Part shown: in pieces, positions 13,715 to 19,865 of the stretch
How the letters are laid out: each line of letters opens with the position of its first letter
How positions within the stretch are numbered: position 1 is the first letter of the stretch
Source: Desulfuromonadales bacterium
GTDB lineage: Bacteria > Desulfobacterota > Desulfuromonadia > Desulfuromonadales > JBFHXN01
DNA: 24,000 bases
NCBI GenBank assembly: GCA_041598955.1
Contig: JBFHXN010000003.1
Location: forward strand, 1-24,000
Reading direction: 5' to 3'
The notes under the pieces: model-generated
Told to the model about the DNA's origin: nothing
The model's input: the letters and a program-made list of their open reading frames with translations, nothing else
The model's database searches: none
Position numbers and translations under genes: made by a program

Positions 13715-14011
13715 ATGGGACTTGCAGCGGAACTGATACTGGCGGTGGCCGACCTGATCCACATGGCCTTCAACATCTACATTCTGATCCTGGTCGTCCG
13801 GGTGCTCCTCACCTGGGTCAATCCAGATCCCTACAACCCCATCGTCCGCTTTCTGCACAGCGCCACCGATCCCCTCCTCGACCGGGTGCGGCGGCTCATC
13901 CCCCTGCAGTTCGGCGGTATCGATTTCTCGCCTATCGTCCTGCTGGTGGCCTTCAACTTCGTGCAGCGGATCGTCCATGTGATGCTCTACCGTCTCGCGG
14001 CCACCCTTTAA
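13715..14011 (+). CDS. yggT: YggT family membrane protein
   Basis: FNIYILILVVRVLLTWVNPDPYNPIVRFLHSATDPLLDRVRRLIP..GGIDFSPIV is the typical YggT pattern. The RBS GAGGAA lies 4 nt upstream of the ATG. Confidence 0.85.
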   Translation: MGLAAELILAVADLIHMAFNIYILILVVRVLLTWVNPDPYNPIVRFLHSATDPLLDRVRRLIPLQFGGIDFSPIVLLVAFNFVQRIVHVMLYRLAATL

Positions 14012-14032
14012 AACAAACGGACCTTTAGCCAA

Positions 14033-14216
14033 AATGAAGGTTGGCCACCAAGACACAAAGTCACCAAGGAGTGGCCAAGGAACCCACTGAATCACAGGGA
14101 AAACTCAACGATTCGCGGAGTTGGGTTGACCAGAGAGAACTTCTTGGCGCCTTGGTGACTTGGTGGCAAAAGATCCTGTTTTTAGGGTTATAAGTCCGGA
14201 TTGAAAAGGCCTTTAA
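14033..14216. repeat. Long imperfect-palindrome intergenic element with (C)CAAG/CAAAG arm motifs, copy 1
   Basis: The left arm gccaccaag(acacaaa)gtcaccaagg (14044-14069) pairs with ccttggtgacttggtggc (14151-14168). Inner pairing is aacccac with gttgggtt. The element ends with the palindrome aaaggccttt (14205-14214). Boundaries are approximate. Confidence 0.6.
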
Positions 14217-14229
14217 GGAAACCCTGCCC

Positions 14230-14781
14230 ATGCGCATCTCTCCCATCGACATCCAGCAGCACAAGTTCAAGTCGCGCCTCCTGGGCTATGACACGGCCAG
14301 CGTCGATCGCTTCCTCGAGATGCTCGCCGAGGAGATCGAGCGCCAGCACCAGCGCAACCAGGATCTCGGCGAGGAGCTGGCCCGGGCCCGGTCGGTTCTC
14401 GACGAGCTGCGCCAGCGGGAGAAGGCCCTTCAGGCCACCCTGGTCACCGCCCATCAGGCCGCCGAGGATCTCAAGAGCAACGCCCGCAAGGAAGCCGAGC
14501 TCATCATCGTCGACGCCAAGCTCCAGGCCGAGCGCATCGTCCGGGAGGCCGACGAGCGGCGCATCCAGCTGATCGGCGAGATCCACGAGATCAAGCGGCA
14601 GAAGATCGCCTTCGAGTCGAGTCTGCGGAACATGATCGAGAGCCACACCAAGCTCCTCGACCTGGAGGTCCTGGAGCTGCCGGTGGCCACGGGCCGGCTC
14701 GAGGAACCCCTTCCCTTCGACCGTCCCGTCCGCCGCCAGCTCGGCAAGGATGTCCAGGGGCAGGAGCCCAATCCCCGTTGA
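14230..14781 (+). CDS. divIVA: DivIVA domain protein
   Basis: The N-terminus MRISPIDIQQHKFKSRLLGYDTASVDRFLEMLAEEIE is the canonical DivIVA motif, followed by a long coiled-coil. The RBS AAGGAA lies 9 nt upstream. Confidence 0.85.
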   Translation: MRISPIDIQQHKFKSRLLGYDTASVDRFLEMLAEEIERQHQRNQDLGEELARARSVLDELRQREKALQATLVTAHQAAEDLKSNARKEAELIIVDAKLQAERIVREADERRIQLIGEIHEIKRQKIAFESSLRNMIESHTKLLDLEVLELPVATGRLEEPLPFDRPVRRQLGKDVQGQEPNPR

Positions 14782-15101
14782 GTACCCCCTGGCTTCACCC
14801 GTCCGGGGAGGACGCGGTGCTCAGGGTCTGGGTCCAGCCCCGGGCCAGCCGCAACGAGATCGCCGGCGTGCAGGGGGAGGAGCTCAAGGTGCGCCTCACA
14901 TCCCCGCCGGTGGAAGGGGCCGCCAACAAGCTCTGCCGCGAGTATTTCGCCTCCCTGCTCCGGGTCGCCAAGGGGCAGGTGGAGCTGCTCGCCGGCGAGA
15001 AGTCCCGCCACAAGCGCCTGCTGGTTCGAGGCGTAACGGCCCCCGAGGCCGTGCGTCTCCTTGCTCCCCATCTCCCCCCCGAAAAAGCTTCGGCTCCATA
15101 A
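14778..15101 (+). CDS. yggU: DUF167 (YggU) family protein
   Basis: LRVWVQPRASRNEIAGVQGEELKVRLTSPPVEGAANKLCREYFASLLRVAKGQVELLAGEKSRHKRLLV matches the YggU/DUF167 pattern (V.P.A....I.G.....L.V...APP.dG.AN......la..l.v....v....G..sr.K). The TTG start overlaps the divIVA stop (TTGA), so the start is uncertain. Confidence 0.75.
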   Translation: MSTPWLHPSGEDAVLRVWVQPRASRNEIAGVQGEELKVRLTSPPVEGAANKLCREYFASLLRVAKGQVELLAGEKSRHKRLLVRGVTAPEAVRLLAPHLPPEKASAP

Positions 15102-15107
15102 TCCAAA

Positions 15108-15236
15108 CAGAGTGTCGTCTCAACGCAAAGTCGCAAAGATATAGATCAAGGCGCAAAGGAACTCCTGAAGGGTTTCGGTCTCTTCTTTGCGTCTTTCTTG
15201 GCTTGCTTGGCGCCTTCTCGTTAAAGGCCTTTGCCT
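15108..15236. repeat. Long imperfect-palindrome intergenic element with CAAAG arm motifs, copy 2
   Basis: The left arm is caacgcaaagtcgcaaagatatagatcaaggcgcaaaggaa. The right arm is tcttctttgcgtctttcttggcttgcttggcgccttc. It ends with the same aaaggccttt palindrome (15223-15232) as copy 1. Boundaries are approximate. Confidence 0.6.
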
Positions 15237-15251
15237 TGTATAGGAAAAAGG

Positions 15252-15292
15252 AGGACCGGGACTGGCTCCCGCAGGGTGCCTGTCCCGGTCCT
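15252..15292. repeat. 29-nt palindromic hairpin element, copy 2 (stem extended to 11 bp at the base)
   Basis: aggaccgggac-tggctcccgcagggtgcct-gtcccggtcct. The central 29 nt are identical to 1106..1134. It lies about 75 nt upstream of the response regulator start. Confidence 0.7.
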
Positions 15293-15367
15293 TCTGCGGA
15301 AAAAGAGGTTTGCCAGGAGGGGAAGGGTTGGATTAGGATGTCCCAAATTCCCGGGAGGTACAAAGAG

Positions 15368-15925
15368 ATGGCCGATGCGATCCTGATCGTCGACGACGAG
15401 GCGAACGTCCTCAGCGCCCTGCGCCGCGAACTGTTTGACGAGGACTACGAGGTGGTCACCGCCCTGAGCGGCGAGGAGGCCCTGGGCCTGCTCGACAGCC
15501 GTCCCTTCAAGGTGGTCATGTCCGACGAGCGGATGCCGGGTCTCTCCGGCGCCGAGTTCCTGAGCATGGTGGCCCTGCGGGCCCCTCAGACCGTTCGCAT
15601 CATGCTCACCGGCCAGGCCACCCTGGAGGCCGCCGTCAAGGCCGTCAACAGCGGGGAGATCTACCGCTTCTTCCTCAAGCCCTGGCAGTCCTCCGAGCTC
15701 AAGCTCGCCCTGCGCTCCGCCATCGAGAAATTCGACATGGAGGCCGAGAACCGGCGCCTCCTCGCCCTGGCCCGCACCCAGAAGCTCAAACTCGATCACT
15801 ACGAAAAACACTGCCAGGGGGTCGCCCCGCCATCGAAGGCCCTCGAGGACGAAGGGCGCATCGCCGTCGAGGAGCTCTCCGACGCGGAGCTCAAGGAACT
15901 GAAAAAGGAGCTGGGGATACTCTGA
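15368..15925 (+). CDS. Stand-alone response regulator receiver with a C-terminal coiled-coil tail (no recognisable output domain)
   Basis: ILIVDDEANVLSALRREL ... FKVVMSDERMPGLSG ... IMLTGQA ... FLKPW is a CheY-like REC of the SDxRMPG subtype. The RBS GGGAGG lies 8-10 nt upstream of the ATG at 15368. An in-frame ATG at 15338 is an alternative start. Confidence 0.8.
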   Translation: MADAILIVDDEANVLSALRRELFDEDYEVVTALSGEEALGLLDSRPFKVVMSDERMPGLSGAEFLSMVALRAPQTVRIMLTGQATLEAAVKAVNSGEIYRFFLKPWQSSELKLALRSAIEKFDMEAENRRLLALARTQKLKLDHYEKHCQGVAPPSKALEDEGRIAVEELSDAELKELKKELGIL

Positions 15926-15952
15926 AGAAGACTGGACGATAGGAAAAAGGAA

Positions 15953-15985
15953 GGGGTCGTGCGCTGGCACGACCCCTTTGGTATT
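15953..15985. terminator. Bidirectional rho-independent terminator
   Basis: ggggtcgtgc (15953-15962), loop gctg, gcacgacccc (15967-15976) form a perfect 10-bp GC-rich stem. It is followed by TTTGGTATTTATT on the + strand and by TTCCTTTTTCC on the - strand. It lies between the response regulator (+) and tRNA-Arg (-). Confidence 0.75.
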
Positions 15986-15988
15986 TAT

Positions 15989-16065
<77 letters not shown>

Positions 16066-16121
16066 ACGGGTTGTCTTATATACCCCATCCGGGGTCGGAT
16101 TGCAACGGCAAAGTTCCCGCC

Positions 16122-16150
16122 TTGCCCCATCCGCCGGGCGGGGTTAGAAT
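16122..16150 (+). promoter_or_regulatory. Candidate sigma70 promoter for the MBL-fold gene
   Basis: TTGCCC (16122-16127), a 17-nt spacer, then TAGAAT (16145-16150), about 40 nt upstream of the ATG at 16190. Confidence 0.4.
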
Positions 16151-16189
16151 GGCCCTGTTCCGCCTTTCTCTCCCCAAGGACATGGCCCC

Positions 16190-17038
16190 ATGCGCAGGCT
16201 TCTGACCCTTCTGCTCCTTCTGCTCGCAGCCCCCGTGGCGGCCCAGACCACCCATTATGAGATCGAGCGGGTGGCCGACGGGGTCTATGCGGCTCTGGCC
16301 AAGCCCGGATCCCGGGCCTCCTCCAACGGCTTCATCGTCGAGACCCGGGACTGGGTGATGGCCGGCGGAGCCCACATGACGCGGGAGGGAATCGCCGAGC
16401 TGCTCGCCACCGCAGCCCTTGTGACGGGGCGGCCCGTGCGCTATTTCGTCCTCCCCCATCACCACCGGGGCTTCACCTACACCGACTTCGACTTTCCCCC
16501 GGGGGTCGAGGTACTGATGTCGGGGGAGACCTGGCAGGCCCTGCAGAGCGAGGTGCGGGCCGTTGTCTACCCGGCCCTTTTCTTCAGCGAGGGGCTCACC
16601 CTCAAGGCCACCGATAGGACGGTGATCCTCACCAACCTGCGAAGGGGTCATGCCGGGGGGGACGTGGTGGTCTTTGTTCCCGAGGGAGGGGTGCTCTTCG
16701 CCAGCGATCTGGTCTACGTGCAGCATGTGGGCTACCTCGGGGACGGGCACATGGAGGACTGGGTCCTCGCCCTGGAGTTTCTCGACGCCATGCGCCCCGC
16801 CAAGGTCATCCCCGGTTCGGGTCCCGTGAGCAGCGGCAAGGCCATCGGGGAATTCAAGCTTTTCATGAAGGATTTTCTCTCCGAGGTCCTGCGCCACATC
16901 GAGAGGGGGGATTCCCTGGAGAAGACCCGCAGGACCTTCTCCCTTCCCCGCTATCGCCACTTCGCCGGCTATGACCAGTTCATCCCCGTCAACGTCGAGC
17001 GGGCCTACCGGGACCTCAAGGAAACCCTGAAGAAGTAG
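16190..17038 (+). CDS. Secreted MBL-fold (metallo-beta-lactamase superfamily) protein with a degenerate metal motif
   Basis: The signal peptide is MRRLLTLLLLLLAAPVAAQ. The layout is MBL-like: ERVADGVYA ... SNGFIVETRD ... YFVLPHHHRGFTY ... GHAGGDVVVFVPEGGVLFASDLV ... VIPGSGP. The HxHxDH position reads HHHRGF. Confidence 0.6.
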   Translation: MRRLLTLLLLLLAAPVAAQTTHYEIERVADGVYAALAKPGSRASSNGFIVETRDWVMAGGAHMTREGIAELLATAALVTGRPVRYFVLPHHHRGFTYTDFDFPPGVEVLMSGETWQALQSEVRAVVYPALFFSEGLTLKATDRTVILTNLRRGHAGGDVVVFVPEGGVLFASDLVYVQHVGYLGDGHMEDWVLALEFLDAMRPAKVIPGSGPVSSGKAIGEFKLFMKDFLSEVLRHIERGDSLEKTRRTFSLPRYRHFAGYDQFIPVNVERAYRDLKETLKK

Positions 17039-17075
17039 TTCTCCACTCCCATCCCATTTCATCCCTTCCTTTCCG

Positions 17076-18131
17076 TCAATCCCCCTTCTCCGTTCCCTGC
17101 GGCAGGAGCAGGTCGTGGTTCGCCACGGCCGCCAGCCAGATCCCCAGGAGCAGCCCGTTCTCGACCAGCAGCAGACCCAGGTGGGGCGGCGCCGCGGGGA
17201 GGATGAGGAGCGCCCTTTCGGCGAAGAGCCCGGTGAGTACGGCCAGGGCAACCAGGAGCAGGGCGGCGGGGGTTTGTTTGGCCCTCCGGGAGAGCAGGGC
17301 GAGGAAGGGGACGAGAAAGAGCCCCACCAGGAAGAGCGCGCAGAGGAGGAGTCGCCCCGGGGTGGCGAGGCGGTCGAGGATGTAGCCGACCTCCTCGGGG
17401 AGGTTGCCGTACCAGAGCAGCAGGTACTGGGCGAAGAAGAGGCCGGCCCAGAGGATGCTGAAGCCGAAGGTCAGCAGGGCGAGGTCCCGCATGTGGGTTT
17501 CGCCCAGGGGGGGGAGGTCGACCTTGGACCGGCGCAGCAGGAAGAAGAGCAGGCCGGCCAGGGCGAGGCCGCCGTAGAGGGCCTCGACGAAGAAGTAGGC
17601 GCCCAGCAGGGTGCTCACCCAGGGCCAGGCGAGGGACATGACCCAGTCGAAGGCGACCAGGGTCTGGGAGGCGACGAAGGCGAAGAGGTAGAGAACGGCG
17701 GCTGCGGACCGGCGGGGATCACCGGCGAGGGAGAGGCGGGCGAAGCGCCCTGCGGCCAGGGCCACGGCGAAAAGGAGCAGGGCGTTTCGGCCGAGGAAGA
17801 AGGGGGCGTTGAGCCAGGCCCCCGGGTGGCCCGACCAGGGGTAGATCTCGAGGCGCAGCCCCAGGAGCAGGAAGAGAAGGGGGAAGAGAAAGAGCAGGGG
17901 CGTAGCGGCGAGGAGTTCCCGGCGCAGGGAGGCAATCCAGCGGGCTCCGACCAGGTCGGTGACGGCCGCCACGGCCACGGCCCCCTGCAGAAGGGCGCTC
18001 CAGAAAACCAGGGTGATCAGCAGGGTTCCCGGCGCCGGGGGGAATCCCCCGAATTCAAGAAAGGCGAAGAGGCCGACCAGGAGCAATCCGAGGAGCGTGT
18101 AGTGGCTTTTGGAAAGGCGCAGGGTGGTCAT
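17076..18131 (-). CDS. ActF-like NrfD-family integral membrane subunit of an Alternative Complex III-like complex
   Basis: The 351-aa polytopic membrane protein has an ATG that overlaps the ActD stop (ATGA). FWSALLQGAVAVAAVTDLVGARWIASLRRELLAA parallels FWVGIAHSGTLISAVLFLFRARFRTSFNRAAEAM of the upstream ActC. LNAPFFLGRN is also ActF-like. Confidence 0.6.
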   Translation of the reverse strand: MTTLRLSKSHYTLLGLLLVGLFAFLEFGGFPPAPGTLLITLVFWSALLQGAVAVAAVTDLVGARWIASLRRELLAATPLLFLFPLLFLLLGLRLEIYPWSGHPGAWLNAPFFLGRNALLLFAVALAAGRFARLSLAGDPRRSAAAVLYLFAFVASQTLVAFDWVMSLAWPWVSTLLGAYFFVEALYGGLALAGLLFFLLRRSKVDLPPLGETHMRDLALLTFGFSILWAGLFFAQYLLLWYGNLPEEVGYILDRLATPGRLLLCALFLVGLFLVPFLALLSRRAKQTPAALLLVALAVLTGLFAERALLILPAAPPHLGLLLVENGLLLGIWLAAVANHDLLLPQGTEKGD

Positions 18132-18568
18132 GGGCGCCTCCTGCCGGGATGGACCTCGATGACGAAGCGGCCTCCCGCCCCGTCGGCCTCGGCCACCCCG
18201 GCTCGGCGGGGCAGGCGGGCCAGGAAGAGGAATCCGGCGAAGGCCCCCAGGGAGCCGAAGAGGATGGTCATCAGGTAGGCGATGATCAGGAAGGGGGGAA
18301 GGGAGACGATGGGCTTGCCGCCGGTGACGAGGGGCCAGTCGAGGGCGGTGTAGATGGTGAAGGCGAGGCCGCCGCCGAAGCCTCCCAGGGCTCCTGCCAG
18401 GGCGAAGAGGCGGGTGCGGCTCGGGGGAAGGCCGAGGAGCTCCTCCACCTCGGGCACCTCGAAGGGAAGGTGGAGGAGCAGCTCCCCGGGAGAGACCCCT
18501 TCGCCGAGCAGGGCCCGCAGCTTGGCCAGGAACTCCTCCCGGTCCTCGATGAGAAAGCGCTCGGGCAT
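18128..18568 (-). CDS. ActD (DUF3341) membrane subunit of Alternative Complex III
   Basis: The 146-aa product has an N-terminal soluble part (FLAKLRALLGEG..., LHLPFEVPEVEELLG) and then two hydrophobic helices (LFALAGALGGFGGGLAFTIY, LPPFLIIAYLMTILFGSLGAFAGFLF). The ATGA overlap with ActC and its position after ActC fit ActD. Confidence 0.65.
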   Translation of the reverse strand: MPERFLIEDREEFLAKLRALLGEGVSPGELLLHLPFEVPEVEELLGLPPSRTRLFALAGALGGFGGGLAFTIYTALDWPLVTGGKPIVSLPPFLIIAYLMTILFGSLGAFAGFLFLARLPRRAGVAEADGAGGRFVIEVHPGRRRP

Positions 18569-19863
18569 CAGAGGTGCTCCTTGAGTTCAGTCATGGAGAG
18601 GACGGGGAGGGTCTTTGCGAAGAGGAGAAAGGCCAGAAAGAAGAGACCGAAGGAGCCGGCGGTGATGCCGACCTCGACGTAGGAGGGGGCGTAGGCCCCC
18701 CAGACGTAGGGGTCGTAGTCGCGGGCGAGGGAGGCGACGATGATCACGAAGCGCTCCACCCACATGCCGACGTTGACCAGCAGCGCCAGGACGAAGAGAA
18801 AGGGGAGGCTGCGCCTGGCTTTTTTCAGGAAAAGGAGCAGGGGGAGCAGGGAGTTGCAGAGGATCATGATGATGAAGAGGACCCGGTAGTCCCCCAGGGC
18901 CCGGTAGAGGAACTGGTCGATCTCGAAGAGGTTGCCGCTGTAGGCGGCCATCCCCCCCTCCACCAGGTAGGTGAAGCTGACGATGAGGGAGGTGAAGAGC
19001 AGGATCTTGGCGATGGCTTCGAAATGATCGACGGTGATGTACCGCTCGAGCCCGAGAAACCGGCGCATGGGGAGGATGAGGGTGATGACCATGGCGGTGC
19101 CGGAGAAAATGGCCCCGGCCACGAAGTAGGGGGCGAAGATGGTCGTGTGCCACCCCGGCACGATGCTCACGGCGAAGTCCCAGGAGACGATGGAGTGGAC
19201 CGAGGCGACCAGGGGGGTGGCGAAGGCGGCCAGAAAGAGGTAGAGCTTGCGGTAGTGGCGCCACTCCTCCACCGTTCCCCGCCATCCCAGGGAGAGCAGG
19301 GCGAAGAGCTTCCCCTTGATCCCCCCGAGCCTGCGGCGGGCGATGGCCAGGTCGGGGAGCATCCCGACGTAGAAGAAGACGAGGCTGACCAGCATGTAGG
19401 TGGTGACGGCGAAGACGTCCCAGATGAGCGGCGAGCGGAAGTTGACCCAGAGCATCCGCTGGTTGGGGTAGGGGAAGAGGTAGTAGAAGACCCAGACCCG
19501 GCCGAGGTGGATGAGGGGGAAGAGCCCCGCCACCGAGAGGGCGAAAATGGTCATGGCCTCCGCGGCCCGGTTGAAGCTGGTGCGGAAGCGGGCGCGGAAG
19601 AGAAAGAGGACGGCCGAGATGAGGGTGCCCGAGTGGGCGATGCCGACCCAGAAGACGAAGTTGGTGATGTAGACCCCCCAGTTGACCGGGTGCATCAGAC
19701 CGGCCACCCCCAGGCCCCGGTGGATCTGGTAGCCCCAGAGGGAGAGGCCCACGGCACCGAGGAGGGCGCACAGGGCGAGGGCCCCAAGGTAGGGGAGGCC
19801 GGGGCGCCCCATGGCGGCGAGGACATCCTTTTCCACCTCTTCTCTTCGGGCGAGGGGGTCCAT
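18568..19863 (-). CDS. ActC, NrfD/PsrC-like quinol-interacting membrane subunit of Alternative Complex III
   Basis: MDPLARREEVEKDV... is followed by NWGVYITNFVFWVGIAHSGTLISAVLFLFRARFR and multiple helices typical of the NrfD family. The ATG lies 2 nt after the ActB stop. Confidence 0.8.
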   Translation of the reverse strand: MDPLARREEVEKDVLAAMGRPGLPYLGALALCALLGAVGLSLWGYQIHRGLGVAGLMHPVNWGVYITNFVFWVGIAHSGTLISAVLFLFRARFRTSFNRAAEAMTIFALSVAGLFPLIHLGRVWVFYYLFPYPNQRMLWVNFRSPLIWDVFAVTTYMLVSLVFFYVGMLPDLAIARRRLGGIKGKLFALLSLGWRGTVEEWRHYRKLYLFLAAFATPLVASVHSIVSWDFAVSIVPGWHTTIFAPYFVAGAIFSGTAMVITLILPMRRFLGLERYITVDHFEAIAKILLFTSLIVSFTYLVEGGMAAYSGNLFEIDQFLYRALGDYRVLFIIMILCNSLLPLLLFLKKARRSLPFLFVLALLVNVGMWVERFVIIVASLARDYDPYVWGAYAPSYVEVGITAGSFGLFFLAFLLFAKTLPVLSMTELKEHL

Positions 19864-19865
19864 GG

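Noticed and set aside
15964-15980. Sigma-54-like TGGCAC-N5-(C)TTTG sequence
   Set aside because: The -12 element does not match TTGC(A/T). The sequence is the descending arm of a perfect terminator hairpin lying between convergent genes.
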